Assembly (NCBI GenBank): GCA_030524105.1
Contig: JAUNHE010000008.1
Location: forward strand, 64,128 to 128,127
DNA: 64,000 bases
DNA from: Rothia sp. (in: high G+C Gram-positive bacteria)
Lineage (GTDB): Bacteria; Actinomycetota; Actinomycetes; Actinomycetales; Micrococcaceae
Direction: 5' to 3'
Notes under the pieces: generated by a model
The model's input: only the letters and a program-made list of their open reading frames with translations
What the model was told of the DNA's origin: nothing
Database searches by the model: none
Part shown: positions 29,788-39,842 of the stretch, in pieces
Layout: the number at the start of each line of letters is the position of its first letter
Position numbering within the stretch: the stretch's first letter is position 1
Position numbers and translations under genes: made by a program

Positions 29788-31770
29788 TTGAATATGGCAA
29801 AAACGCAAGCAGTTCTACCCGAAGATGCGCCCGATCTTCGTAAGGGGGACGTGAGTAAAGCAACCAAAGAAGATATACGTGAGGGAAAGTTATCGCCACG
29901 TGTTTTTTGGCCGGCAGCCAGCATCATGGCTCTTTTTGTTGGCCTGACCTTGGTTTTTCCAGCGAAGGCTAAATCAATTTTTGATGCTCTTCAGGCGGAT
30001 GTCATCAACTACTTTGGCTGGTATTACGTTGCCATAGTTGCCTTCTTTGTTATTTTTGCACTCTATCTTGGGTTTTCCCGTATGGGGGATATCAAACTCG
30101 GCTCTGATGACGATGAACCTGCCTATTCTTTTGGAACCTGGTTTGCCTTTCTTTTTGCTGCAGGTATGGGCATTGGCTTGGTCTTTTATGGGGCAACGGA
30201 ACCCCTGTCGCACTATGTAGACCCGCGTCCAGGAGTTGAGAGCGGCACTAGCGAGCAAATTGCTCAAGCAGCCATGAGCCAGGCCTTTTTGCACTGGGGT
30301 CTGCACCCCTGGGCTATTTACGTGATTGTAGGCTTAGCCATCGCCTATTCGGCCCACCGGCTTAAGCTGCCCCTGTCCATTCGTTATTCTCTTAAACCCT
30401 TGCTGGGAGACAGGGTTAAAGGCAGCTGGGGGGATGTCATTGATATTGTTGCCCTCATTGGCACCCTCTTTGGTGTGGCAACCTCACTGGGGCTGGGGGT
30501 TATGCAAATTGCTGGTGGTCTGGGTTATCTCAATATCCCGGCTAGCGGTAACTGGTGGCTGACCGGAATCATTATTGTGCTAATGGGCATTACTCTTTTT
30601 TCTGTGGTAACTGGCCTAGAAAAGGGGATGAAATGGCTCTCTAACACCAACCTTATTTTGGCCGGTCTGGTCTGTCTTTTTGTGCTTTTTGTAGGGCCAA
30701 CCCTCTTTTTGCTGCGGGAGTTTATTGGTTCTTTGGGGCATTACCTGCAAAACGTTGTTTCTATGACCTTTGAGACTTTAGCCCTCTACGGTGTTGAAGG
30801 GGAGCAGTTCCAGGCTGCCTGGACCACCTTCTACTGGGGCTGGTGGATTTCCTGGTCGCCCTTTGTTGGCATGTTTATTGCTAGGGTCTCTCGGGGTAGG
30901 TCGGTTCGGGAATTTGTGACCGGTGTTCTGCTGGTTCCGGCCCTGACCTCTTTCTTCTGGTTTTCGGTTTTGGGTGGCACTGCCCTGCACCAGGAACTTT
31001 TTGAGAACCGTACCCTTCTTTCTGCTGATGGCACGGTTTCTGCCCAGCATGCTCTCTTTCAGATGTTTGAGAATCTGCCAGCAGGTTCTGCCTTGACGGT
31101 AGGGGCAGTTGTTCTGATTACTATTTTCTTCGTTACCTCAGCTGACTCGGGCGCCTTGGTCTTGGGCATGCTCTCAACCAACGGATCACCGGAGCCTAAA
31201 ACGTGGATCCGCGTTTTCTGGGTGTTTATTGCTGCTACCACCGCAATTTCTTTGATTTGGGCCGGAGGTACAGACTCCTTAGCGGCTATCCAGACCATTG
31301 CTATTTTGACTGCAGTACCCTTCTCTGTGGTGATTCTGCTGATGTGTGTTTCGCTGTATAAGGCTCTGAGCTATGAGCACCGCCTCTTTGTGAAGGCACA
31401 ACGGCGTAATGCCCGCGAAGAGATTGCCGAGGAGCTTAAGGAACAAATTGGCCAGCGGGTGGACAAGATGGTTGCCTCCGGGGTAGAAAAACAGGTTGCC
31501 ACTGCGGTGGATCAAGCCCTTGACGAGGCTGTTGAAGCTCAGGTAGAGGCCAAGGTGGGAGCGGCCATTGGTGAGGCAGTTGACGAGGCCGTTGCCTCAG
31601 CTGTAGACGATGTTAGCCTGCAGATTGAGGCCAACACCGCCGCCATCAAGAAAATAAGCGATACCCAGGCCCTGCAGGCTCTTAAAGCCAGCCAGGTGGA
31701 GGCCGATCAGAAGATCAAAAAGGAGAGCCAGGAAGGGCTACCCTGGGACCAAAAAGAGAAAGAAAGCTAA
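29788..31770 (+). CDS. BCCT-family transporter (glycine betaine/choline/carnitine, BetP-like) with a long acidic coiled-coil C-terminal tail
   Basis: BCCT core (FGWYYVAIVAFFVIFALYLGFSRMGDIKLG; WTTFYWGWWISWSPFVGMFIARVSRGRSVREF). The C-terminal ~130 aa are repetitive (AVDQALDEAVEAQVEAKVGAAIGEAVDEAVASAVDD). Confidence 0.8.
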   Translation: MNMAKTQAVLPEDAPDLRKGDVSKATKEDIREGKLSPRVFWPAASIMALFVGLTLVFPAKAKSIFDALQADVINYFGWYYVAIVAFFVIFALYLGFSRMGDIKLGSDDDEPAYSFGTWFAFLFAAGMGIGLVFYGATEPLSHYVDPRPGVESGTSEQIAQAAMSQAFLHWGLHPWAIYVIVGLAIAYSAHRLKLPLSIRYSLKPLLGDRVKGSWGDVIDIVALIGTLFGVATSLGLGVMQIAGGLGYLNIPASGNWWLTGIIIVLMGITLFSVVTGLEKGMKWLSNTNLILAGLVCLFVLFVGPTLFLLREFIGSLGHYLQNVVSMTFETLALYGVEGEQFQAAWTTFYWGWWISWSPFVGMFIARVSRGRSVREFVTGVLLVPALTSFFWFSVLGGTALHQELFENRTLLSADGTVSAQHALFQMFENLPAGSALTVGAVVLITIFFVTSADSGALVLGMLSTNGSPEPKTWIRVFWVFIAATTAISLIWAGGTDSLAAIQTIAILTAVPFSVVILLMCVSLYKALSYEHRLFVKAQRRNAREEIAEELKEQIGQRVDKMVASGVEKQVATAVDQALDEAVEAQVEAKVGAAIGEAVDEAVASAVDDVSLQIEANTAAIKKISDTQALQALKASQVEADQKIKKESQEGLPWDQKEKES

Positions 31771-31806
31771 CTTTTACAGGGAGTTTGATCACCTGCTGGC
31801 AGTATT

Positions 31807-31860
31807 GGTGGGCTGAGGCGAGTATGATGGCACTAAGCCCACCCCGGCGGGTGTCTTTTG
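31807..31860 (+). terminator. Terminator region after the BCCT gene
   Basis: An 8-bp stem ggtgggct...agcccacc, then a small hairpin caccc-cggc-gggtg, followed by tcttttg. Confidence 0.45.
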
Positions 31861-31933
31861 TGGTGCGGTAGCATCCTTGCGGCAGGTCCGGGGTATTTTC
31901 TATTCCCTAAAGATTAAAGCGAGATCTACACGT

Positions 31934-33841
31934 ATGTCTAAAAATACCGCTTCACGCAGCGATTTGCGTAACGTAGCAATTGTTGCCCATGTTGATCACG
32001 GAAAAACAACAATTGTTGACGCAATGCTCCGGCAGACCCACGCTTTTTCTGCCCACGCCGCTGTTGAAGATAGGGTAATGGATTCTGGTGACCTTGAGAA
32101 AGAAAAAGGTATTACCATCCTGGCTAAAAACACTACTGTTTTTTATGACGGCCCTGCCGCTGCCGGCCAAACCGTTACCATCAATGTCATCGATACCCCG
32201 GGTCACGCTGATTTTGGCGGTGAGGTAGAGCGGGGCTTATCCATGGTTGATGGGGTAGTTTTGCTGGTGGATGCCTCTGAGGGGCCGCTGCCGCAGACCC
32301 GTTTTGTGCTGCGTAAGGCTCTTGCTGCTAAGCTGCCCGTTATTCTGGTGGTTAATAAGGTAGATCGGCCCGATGCCCGCATTGATGAGGTTGTTTCTGA
32401 GTCTATGGATCTTCTGCTGGGGTTGGGCTCTGACCTGGCTGAAGAACTTCCTGATCTTGATGTTGACGCCTTGCTGGATGTACCGGTGGTCTACGCTTCG
32501 GGTAAGGCTGGGGCAGCCTCACTACAGCAGCCGGCCGACGGTTCTTTACCGGATAACGACAACCTTGAGCCTCTTTTTGAGACCATTTTGAACCGGGTGC
32601 CGGCCCCTAGCTACGATCCGGATGAGGTTCTTCAGGCACACGTTACTAACCTGGATTCTTCCCCCTTCTTGGGCCGGCTTGCTTTACTGCGCATTTTTAA
32701 TGGCAGGCTTAAAAAGGGCCAGACGGTAGCCTGGGCCCGCCAGGACGGCACCATTAAAAATGTGCGAATTTCTGAGCTTCTGGCCACCAAGGCCCTAGAA
32801 CGTGTTCCCGCTGAGTCTGCCGGGCCCGGGGAAATTGTGGCGGTTGCCGGCATCGAAGATATCACTATTGGAGAAACTCTGACCGATCCGGAGCAGCCTA
32901 AGCCGCTACCCTTAATTACGGTTGACGCCCCCGCTATCTCTATGACCATTGGTATTAATACGTCGCCCTTAGCTGGACGGGTCAAAGGCGCTAAGGTTAC
33001 TGCACGGCAGGTAAAAGACCGGCTTGATAAGGAACTGATCGGCAACGTCTCCCTTAAGGTTTTGCCTACCGAGCGACCCGATGCCTGGGAGGTGCAGGGC
33101 CGTGGTGAGCTGGCACTGGCTATTCTGGTGGAGCAGATGCGCCGAGAAGGCTTTGAATTGACGGTTGGAAAACCGCAGGTTGTTACCCAGACTATTGATG
33201 GCAAACTTCATGAGCCCATGGAACATATGATTATTGATGTACCAGAGGAGTTTTTGGGTGCGGTAACTCAGCTAATGGCCGCCCGTAAAGGCCGCATGGA
33301 AAACATGGCCAACAACGGTACCGGCTGGGTGCGGATGGAATTTAAAGTGCCCGCTAGAGGTCTTATTGGTTTTAGAACCCAGTTCCTGACCGAAACGCGC
33401 GGTGCCGGTATTTCTTCTTCCTATGCGGTGGGGTATGAGCCCTGGTGCGGCGAGATTGAGTACCGCACAAACGGCTCCATGATTTCGGACCGGGCCGGTG
33501 TTGTGACCCCCTATGCCATTATTAATTTGCAGGAGCGGGGCACTATTTTTGTTGAACCTACGGCTGAGGTTTATGAAGGAATGATTATCGGTGAGAACTC
33601 CCGGTCTGATGATATGGAAGTTAACATCACTAAAGAGAAGAAACTAACCAATATGCGCTCTTCTACAGCCGATAATTTTGAGAATATGACCCCTCCCAAA
33701 AAGCTAACTTTAGAGGAGTCTTTGGAGTGGGCCCGGGAGGATGAATGCGTTGAAGTAACTCCCGAAGCCGTCCGCATTCGAAAAGTGATTTTAGACTCTC
33801 ATGAGCGTGTACGCGAGTTTAGGCGCCGCTCACGTGCATAA
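31934..33841 (+). CDS. typA: Translational GTPase TypA/BipA
   Basis: [21 protein letters not shown]1 motif, [14 protein letters not shown], and an EF-G-like domain layout. ATG at 31934 (MSKNTAS). Confidence 0.9.
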   Translation: MSKNTASRSDLRNVAIVAHVDHGKTTIVDAMLRQTHAFSAHAAVEDRVMDSGDLEKEKGITILAKNTTVFYDGPAAAGQTVTINVIDTPGHADFGGEVERGLSMVDGVVLLVDASEGPLPQTRFVLRKALAAKLPVILVVNKVDRPDARIDEVVSESMDLLLGLGSDLAEELPDLDVDALLDVPVVYASGKAGAASLQQPADGSLPDNDNLEPLFETILNRVPAPSYDPDEVLQAHVTNLDSSPFLGRLALLRIFNGRLKKGQTVAWARQDGTIKNVRISELLATKALERVPAESAGPGEIVAVAGIEDITIGETLTDPEQPKPLPLITVDAPAISMTIGINTSPLAGRVKGAKVTARQVKDRLDKELIGNVSLKVLPTERPDAWEVQGRGELALAILVEQMRREGFELTVGKPQVVTQTIDGKLHEPMEHMIIDVPEEFLGAVTQLMAARKGRMENMANNGTGWVRMEFKVPARGLIGFRTQFLTETRGAGISSSYAVGYEPWCGEIEYRTNGSMISDRAGVVTPYAIINLQERGTIFVEPTAEVYEGMIIGENSRSDDMEVNITKEKKLTNMRSSTADNFENMTPPKKLTLEESLEWAREDECVEVTPEAVRIRKVILDSHERVREFRRRSRA

Positions 33842-33890
33842 TTTAAATAATTTATAAAAGACAGTGGGGAGTCTTTGCTGATGAAAGCTA

Positions 33891-33925
33891 AGGGGTTACC
33901 TGTCGGTAACCCCTTGAAGTTTCTC
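33891..33925 (+). terminator. Intrinsic terminator of typA
   Basis: A 10-bp perfect stem aggggttacc-tgtc-ggtaacccct followed by a T-rich tgaagtttctc. Confidence 0.6.
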
Positions 33926-33948
33926 AAACTTAAAGTGAGGGAATTGCG

Positions 33949-34842
33949 GTGCCAAAAAAGAATAAACCCTATTATCCGGACCAGGGGTCTTATATTAGTA
34001 ATACAGCTCAGTTCAGTCTGCTGCCGGCGGACCTAGCCCCTGAGCGGGCAAAATTACTTTTTATTCATGCTCACCCGGATGATGAGTCCACCAGTACCGG
34101 GGCAACCATGGCTGAATATGCCAGCCGAGGTGCCCAAGTGGATTTGCTGACCCTGACCCGGGGGGAGCGCGGCGAGGTTATTCCCGATATTTTTGCTCAT
34201 TTAGCGGCAGGGCATCGGGACTGTTTTGACCGCGGTCACGGCTTGGGCCAGCTGCGGGAATTAGAGCTGGCTGAGGCTTTAGAACACCTGGGGGTTAGCC
34301 ATCATCTCTATTTGGGGCAGGGCGTTTCTGCCGTTCCGGGAGCCCCGGCCCAATACCGGGATTCGGGTATGGTCTGGGATAAGCAGGGGCGGGCCCAGGC
34401 TCACCCGGATAAAGACCCGGATAGTCTCCTGGCCCAGGACATAGAGCGGCAGGCAGCGGGCATTGCTGCCTTTATTAAGTACTTGGGCTCTGACGTGGTG
34501 GTTACCTATGATCACGGTGGTGGTTACGGGCATCCGGATCACGTGCGCACCTATGAGGCTACTTTATTGGCGGTACAGACCTGTGCGCAAACCAGCTGGG
34601 AACCGCGCCTTGTATGGGGGCTAGAGGGGGAGAGCAGCAGTTCTGATTCCAGGCCTCAGGCCGTTATTGATGGTCCGCTTACCCTTAAACGGGACGCTAT
34701 GTCTGCCCACGTCTCCCAAATTATGATTACGGGTGAGGATACTTTTCACTATTCCAACGGGGTGAGTCAAAAAATTTCGGCGCGGGAAACCTACCGTCTT
34801 TTGTGGGCGGCAGAAGAGAAGGTGCAGGACAGGGCAGCATGA
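33949..34842 (+). CDS. mshB: PIG-L family deacetylase, MshB-like (GlcNAc-Ins deacetylase of mycothiol biosynthesis)
   Basis: LLFIHAHPDDESTSTGATMA (HxHPDDE zinc motif) plus HGGGYGHPDHV. GTG start. typA-mshB-fdxA-dapC mirrors the M. tuberculosis Rv1165/Rv1170/Rv1177/Rv1178 neighbourhood. Confidence 0.7.
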   Translation: MPKKNKPYYPDQGSYISNTAQFSLLPADLAPERAKLLFIHAHPDDESTSTGATMAEYASRGAQVDLLTLTRGERGEVIPDIFAHLAAGHRDCFDRGHGLGQLRELELAEALEHLGVSHHLYLGQGVSAVPGAPAQYRDSGMVWDKQGRAQAHPDKDPDSLLAQDIERQAAGIAAFIKYLGSDVVVTYDHGGGYGHPDHVRTYEATLLAVQTCAQTSWEPRLVWGLEGESSSSDSRPQAVIDGPLTLKRDAMSAHVSQIMITGEDTFHYSNGVSQKISARETYRLLWAAEEKVQDRAA

Positions 34843-35261
34843 CCGGGCAAAACCAAGCTAATGTGCGGATTGGGCCGATAAATTCGCTGGTGCGCTCTAT
34901 ATGTCTGGGGCTGCTTGCCGGTTTTTCTGGCAGCATGTACCACGTTTATATCTGGTATGTTTCGGATAGTTTTTTTCTGCCCTGGGGGGCTTTGCTGGCC
35001 ATGGGCTTGGTTTTTTGTGCAGCTTCCTGGTCTTCGCTGCGGGCTGGCAAAACCTGGGCTGGAACTCTTGTGGGGCTGCTGGCCTTTTTACTTGTTGCGT
35101 TTTTTAGTTTTGCTAAGTCTGGTTCGGTGCTGGTACTGCCCAACCCAACGGTTCCGGTGGGCCTGGCTGGGACGATCTGGCTTTTGGGTACTCTAGCGGC
35201 AACGGTTGTTTCTAACGTAACAGTAGGCCGTTATCTGGCTAAACATCCGCCAGGTCTTTAG
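34839..35261 (+). CDS. Small membrane protein (4 TM), translationally coupled to mshB
   Basis: ATGA overlap at 34839-34842 (start MTGQNQ). Hydrophobic helices follow (LVRSICLGLLAGFSGSMY..., WGALLAMGLVFCAASW...). Confidence 0.5.
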   Translation: MTGQNQANVRIGPINSLVRSICLGLLAGFSGSMYHVYIWYVSDSFFLPWGALLAMGLVFCAASWSSLRAGKTWAGTLVGLLAFLLVAFFSFAKSGSVLVLPNPTVPVGLAGTIWLLGTLAATVVSNVTVGRYLAKHPPGL

Positions 35262-35468
35262 CCCCTAGCAGCAGTTTTGCCGGCCAGGTCAGCCTGGCGA
35301 TACCGGCAGGAAGTTATTTTCTATTTCAACTAAAGATCCTAGCTGACTCCGCGTAAGCTAGCCCACTAAAGTACTCTTATGCCGGCTACTACCGCTACCA
35401 TAGAGGAAGACTTTTTAGAATTCGCACCAAGCATGTGCAACCCATAGTGCCCCAGAAAGGCTCCTTGC

Positions 35469-35798
35469 ATGACCTACGTTATTGCCCAGCCTTGCGTGGA
35501 TGTTAAAGACCGCGCTTGTGTTGAAGAATGCCCGGTAGACTGCATCTACGAGGGGGAGAGAACACTCTATATTCATCCCGATGAGTGTGTGGACTGCGGA
35601 GCCTGCGAGCCTGTTTGCCCGGTTGAGGCCATCTACTATGAGGACGATGTGCCCGAGGAATGGGCTGAATACACCCAGGCTAATGTGGATTTTTTTGACG
35701 ATTTAGGTTCGCCCGGCGGGGCGGCCCGTCTGGGGGCTACCGGAAGCGATGTTGACTGGATTAGTCAGTTACCCCCGCAAAATCAAGACAAAAGCTAG
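35469..35798 (+). CDS. fdxA: 7Fe ferredoxin ([3Fe-4S][4Fe-4S])
   Basis: [29 protein letters not shown]...[17 protein letters not shown] is the classic Cys pattern. Confidence 0.9.
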   Translation: MTYVIAQPCVDVKDRACVEECPVDCIYEGERTLYIHPDECVDCGACEPVCPVEAIYYEDDVPEEWAEYTQANVDFFDDLGSPGGAARLGATGSDVDWISQLPPQNQDKS

Positions 35799-35820
35799 TC
35801 TGCGCTGAAAGGAGCTGGCT

Positions 35821-36954
35821 GTGAAAGAATTTGGTCTTGACCTGCCTGACTACCCCTGGGACCGTTTGCTGCCTTACCGTCAGAAGGCCCAGCAGCACCC
35901 GGATGGCTTGATTGATCTTTCCATCGGCACGCCGGTTGACCCTACACCGGCCTTTATTCAAGAGGCACTGGCTGCTGCGGCAGATGCCCACTCCTACCCC
36001 ACAACGCAGGGTAGTCTGAGTTTACGTCAGGCTATTGTCGGCTGGTTTGAGCGTCGCCGCGGTGTTCCGGGCTTGAGCCCGCAGCAGGTTTTGCCTACCG
36101 TTGGCTCCAAAGAGATGGTGGCCTGGCTGCCCTTTTTCTTGGGTTTGGGACCGGGAGATGTGGTTGTTCGGCCCCGTATTGCCTATCCCACCTACGATAT
36201 TGGCGCCCGCCTAGCCGGTGCCGAGGTTATTGCAGCAGACAGTCTGCAGGAGCTGGAGGGGCAGGTTCGGCAGCGGGTAAAGCTGGTTTGGGTTAATTCA
36301 CCCAGTAATCCCACCGGTATTGTTCGGGATAAAACCTATTTGCGCCAGCTGGTAGAGGATGCCCGGCAGTTGGGGGCTGTGCTTGCTTCTGATGAGTGTT
36401 ATGCAGAATTGGGCTGGGGCCAGTGGGATGTTCAGGCCGGTGGACAGCCTGTGCCCTCCCTGCTAGATCCGCAGGTGAGCGGGGGTTCTAGTGAGCAACT
36501 TTTTGTACTCTACTCCCTGTCTAAGCAGTCTAATCTTGCCGGTTATCGAGCAGCTTTTATGGCTGGTGATGAGCTGCTGCTGCCTAGAATTCTTAATGCG
36601 CGTAAGCATGCTGGCATGATTGTTCCCGGGCCGGTACAGGCAGCTATGGAGCTTGCCTTGGGCGACGATGAGCATGTCAGCACCCAGAAGAGCCTTTATC
36701 GTAGGCGGCGCCAGCGTCTGTTTGCTGCCCTGCAGGCTGCCGGTTTTGTGGTTGAGGGCTCTCAGGCCGGTCTTTATCTGTGGACCCGTGGGCAGGAAGA
36801 TACCTGGGCCAGCCTGGACCGTTTTGCCCGGTTGGGCATTTTGGTTGGGCCGGGTGTTTTTTATGGTCGGGAAGGTGCCGGCTATCTTCGGCTAGCTTTA
36901 ACGGGTAGTGATGAGCATATTGAGGCTGCGGCTAGGCGGCTTTTGTCGTCATAA
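35821..36954 (+). CDS. dapC: N-succinyldiaminopimelate aminotransferase (DapC-type class I aminotransferase)
   Basis: GTG start 10 nt after a GAAAGGAG RBS. Aminotransferase fold with the PLP Lys region YSLSKQSNLAGYRAAF. Its position after fdxA matches Rv1178. Confidence 0.7.
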   Translation: MKEFGLDLPDYPWDRLLPYRQKAQQHPDGLIDLSIGTPVDPTPAFIQEALAAAADAHSYPTTQGSLSLRQAIVGWFERRRGVPGLSPQQVLPTVGSKEMVAWLPFFLGLGPGDVVVRPRIAYPTYDIGARLAGAEVIAADSLQELEGQVRQRVKLVWVNSPSNPTGIVRDKTYLRQLVEDARQLGAVLASDECYAELGWGQWDVQAGGQPVPSLLDPQVSGGSSEQLFVLYSLSKQSNLAGYRAAFMAGDELLLPRILNARKHAGMIVPGPVQAAMELALGDDEHVSTQKSLYRRRRQRLFAALQAAGFVVEGSQAGLYLWTRGQEDTWASLDRFARLGILVGPGVFYGREGAGYLRLALTGSDEHIEAAARRLLSS

Positions 36955-37141
36955 AGTCTTTTCCACCCGAAATATCTGGGACAAGGGCCCGCTGGATGTG
37001 ACCAAGCGCATGCAGAAGCGATAGGGTATACAGGAAGCTAACTGTCCATTCCTGGAACTGCACTGAGCAGGGCCGCACTAGTGGTTTGGTGAGGCCCAGG
37101 TAGACTTGAGGACGTGCAGCTGCAGAACGACGGAGGATTTA

Positions 37142-38422
37142 ATGTCTGATTACACTGATGCTGTGTTAAGGTACGCAGACACCGCTCTTGACCTTAAATA
37201 TATTGAGTCAACGGCGGGCAACGGTGCCTTCTCTACAGCCGGTCTATTAAAAGAAACCGGTCACGTTGCCTATGATCCCGGTTTTATGAATACCGCCAAT
37301 GCTAAATCATCCATCACCTATATTGATGGAGAGCAGGGGATTTTACGTTACCGGGGTTATCCGATTGAGGAGCTGGCAGAAAAATCTAGTTTTCTGGAAA
37401 CGGCTTTTCTTCTCATTTACGGGGAGCTGCCAACTGCTGATCAGTACCAAGAGTTTGATCAGATGGTGCGTAAGCACACCATGGTACACGAAGATATGAA
37501 GGTTTTTTTCTCGGGTTTTCCATCGGATGCGCACCCTATGGCGGTGCTGGCCGCCTCTGTCTCTGCCATGTCAACTTTTTATGGGGATTCCTTAGATCCT
37601 TTTGATAGTCACCAGGTAGAGGTTTCTACTTTCCGGCTGCTCTGTAAGGTGCCTACCCTGGCCGCTTATGCCTATAAGAAGTCTAAGGGTGAGCCTCTCA
37701 TGTATCCGCAGAATAAGCTCAACTATACTGAGAACTTTTTGCAGATGTGTTTTGGTTTTCCAACGGAGGACTATGAGCCTGATCCGGTCATGTCTAAGGC
37801 CTTGGACACTCTGCTGCTGCTGCACGCTGATCATGAGCAGAATTGCTCTACTTCAACGGTGCGTATGGTTGGTTCGGCCCATGCCAATATGTTTGCTTCG
37901 GTTTCAGCCGGTATTAATGCCCTCTATGGGCCTTTGCACGGTGGGGCGAATGAGGCTGTTCTTAATATGTTGCGCCGGATTCAGGCTGAGGGCATGAGCC
38001 CGGAAGACTTTATGGAGAAGGTTAAGAATAAAGAAGCGGGCGTGCGGCTGATGGGCTTTGGCCACCGGGTTTATAAGAACTATGATCCTCGGGCCCGTAT
38101 TGTTAAAAAGACGGCGGATGAGGTCTTAGAGAAACTGGACGGTAAGGATGAGCTGCTGGATATCGCCCGCCGCTTAGAAGAGAAGGCCTTGGCCGATGAC
38201 TACTTTATTGAGCGTAAGCTTTACCCCAATGTGGACTTTTACACGGGGCTGATTTATAAGGCTATGGGTTTTCCAGAAAAGATGTTTACCGTCCTTTTTG
38301 CCTTGGGTAGGTTGCCGGGCTGGATCGCCCAGTGGCGGGAGCTGATTGCAGATCCGGAGACTAAGATCGGACGGCCTCGCCAGGTTTATACCGGTCCGGG
38401 AGAAAGACACTATCCGGCTTAA
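37142..38422 (+). CDS. gltA: Citrate synthase
   Basis: ~427 aa. Motifs LRYRGYPIEELAE, MGFGHRVYKNYDPRA and GRLPGWIAQWRE. ATG at 37142 after GGAGGA. Confidence 0.9.
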   Translation: MSDYTDAVLRYADTALDLKYIESTAGNGAFSTAGLLKETGHVAYDPGFMNTANAKSSITYIDGEQGILRYRGYPIEELAEKSSFLETAFLLIYGELPTADQYQEFDQMVRKHTMVHEDMKVFFSGFPSDAHPMAVLAASVSAMSTFYGDSLDPFDSHQVEVSTFRLLCKVPTLAAYAYKKSKGEPLMYPQNKLNYTENFLQMCFGFPTEDYEPDPVMSKALDTLLLLHADHEQNCSTSTVRMVGSAHANMFASVSAGINALYGPLHGGANEAVLNMLRRIQAEGMSPEDFMEKVKNKEAGVRLMGFGHRVYKNYDPRARIVKKTADEVLEKLDGKDELLDIARRLEEKALADDYFIERKLYPNVDFYTGLIYKAMGFPEKMFTVLFALGRLPGWIAQWRELIADPETKIGRPRQVYTGPGERHYPA

Positions 38423-38462
38423 GGAATTACTTTAGCTGCATTGCTGCCTAGGCCAGCTCTTA

Positions 38463-38500
38463 AAAGAGGTTTCCTGCTACTAGCTAGGGGCCTCTTTTGG
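38463..38500 (+). terminator. Putative gltA terminator
   Basis: aaaagagg...cctctttt forms an 8-bp stem enclosing a 20-nt loop, followed by ttttgg. Confidence 0.4.
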
Positions 38501-38638
38501 CTTATGGCATGCTCAAATACTGCCAGTAAACCCTGGATGCCGTTATAGTGGTTTCTAGCACATGCTGGCCTGGGAGCTATCTGCCAGCGTGAATCGACTG
38601 AGGAATTTTAGGTAGGCCTCTAAGAAGAGGGAGAAGGT

Positions 38639-38818
38639 ATGAAAAGTCAGTTTAAAACCGGGGTGCTTATTGCTATCCTTGCATCGCTCCTGGGGGGGGG
38701 AATCAATTACCTTATAGAAGGTGATCCTGCCCGCGCCTTATTTGTGGTGCTTATTGGGTTTGCCCTTGCCCTGATCATTATGGCACTCTTTGCTTTTTCC
38801 GGAAAGCAGAAAAGGTAG
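38639..38818 (+). CDS. Unannotated 59-aa two-TM small membrane protein containing a G9 homopolymer tract
   Basis: A strong RBS GGGAGAAGG lies 5 nt before the ATG. The product is MKSQFKTGVLIAILASLLGGGINYLIEGDPARALFVVLIGFALALIIMALFAFSGKQKR. Nine consecutive G at ~38692-38700 encode the Gly3. The gene sits 65 bp upstream of the ABC ATPase. It is absent from the ORF track, which reports only ORFs of 60 aa or longer. Confidence 0.5.
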   Translation: MKSQFKTGVLIAILASLLGGGINYLIEGDPARALFVVLIGFALALIIMALFAFSGKQKR

Positions 38819-38882
38819 GCGCACTTTGTACCCGATCCTTACCTCAGCCAGTGACGCCGCTGTACCTGGCTGACGGGTAGTA

Positions 38883-39842
38883 GTGATGAATATATTGACT
38901 GTCTCCCAGCTTGGCATGGCCTACGCTGGTAGCAGCGTCTTGCAGGATATAACTTTTGCTATCCCTGCCGGACAGATCCTGGGAGTACTTGGCCCCAACG
39001 GTGCCGGAAAATCGACCTTAACTAAGCTTATTAGCGGGCTTATTCAACCCACCAGTGGGCAGATTAGCATTCTGGGGCAGAGCCCCGCTAAGCGCTCTAG
39101 CAAACAGGTGCTGGGGCTTGTACCGCAAGAGACCAAGCTGCCGGAGGATTTAACCCCCTTAGAGTTAGCTCAGTTTGTGTCCTCGCAGTTTCCGGCAGGG
39201 CCGCTGGCCGCCAGGACGACCAGCAGGTCCTACTGTTTAGAACACCTAGCTAGCTGGGAGATCGACTTTGCCCACAAGCCCCTGCGTAGCTTGTCGGGAG
39301 GGCAAAAACATCGGGTCAGCCTGGCCCTAGCCTATCTGGGTCAACCCAGGCTGATCCTGCTGGACGAGCCCACAACCGGCCTAGATACGGCTTCACGCCG
39401 GCTGATCTGGCAGACTATCAAGAAACATTCCCAGCAGGGAGTTGCCACCTTGCTGACCTCTCATTACCTTGATGAGGTTGAACTGCTGGCGGACCAGATT
39501 CTCCTTCTTGACCGGGGACGCAATAAAGGTTACCTGCCCAAGGAAGACTTTCTACGAGTTTCCCAGTCCACGGTTGTTGAGTGCACCGTTGACCAGCCCC
39601 ACCTGGTGGAAAATCTACCGAGCGTTAGCAGCGTCCACCACGATGTGTCTGCTCAAGCAGACGGCCAGGTCAAGGTCACGGTCAGTGATATTGCCGCCTT
39701 TTTAAGGGAACTGGTTGCCAGCTCAGTAAAAATCACTGCCTTTCAGGCGCAGGCTATGTCTCTTGAACAGGCTATGGAAACTCGGCTACAAGAAAAGAAG
39801 ACCCCGCAGACCACCGCCAGCAGGGAGGCTAAAAATGACTGA
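38883..39842 (+). CDS. ABC transporter ATP-binding protein (ABC-2 exporter type) with C-terminal accessory domain
   Basis: Walker A GPNGAGKST, signature LSGGQKHR and Walker B LILLDEPTTGLD. Confidence 0.85.
   Translation: MMNILTVSQLGMAYAGSSVLQDITFAIPAGQILGVLGPNGAGKSTLTKLISGLIQPTSGQISILGQSPAKRSSKQVLGLVPQETKLPEDLTPLELAQFVSSQFPAGPLAARTTSRSYCLEHLASWEIDFAHKPLRSLSGGQKHRVSLALAYLGQPRLILLDEPTTGLDTASRRLIWQTIKKHSQQGVATLLTSHYLDEVELLADQILLLDRGRNKGYLPKEDFLRVSQSTVVECTVDQPHLVENLPSVSSVHHDVSAQADGQVKVTVSDIAAFLRELVASSVKITAFQAQAMSLEQAMETRLQEKKTPQTTASREAKND

Noticed and set aside
38882-38942. Apparent frame discontinuity in the first ~19 codons of the ABC ATPase when I count bases by line labels
   Set aside because: The ORF track gives one continuous 319-aa frame, so the off-by-one is most likely my own counting of a T-run (gtcttt/gtctt) and not a real frameshift. 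It would be worth confirming by re-reading that T-run in the raw sequence.
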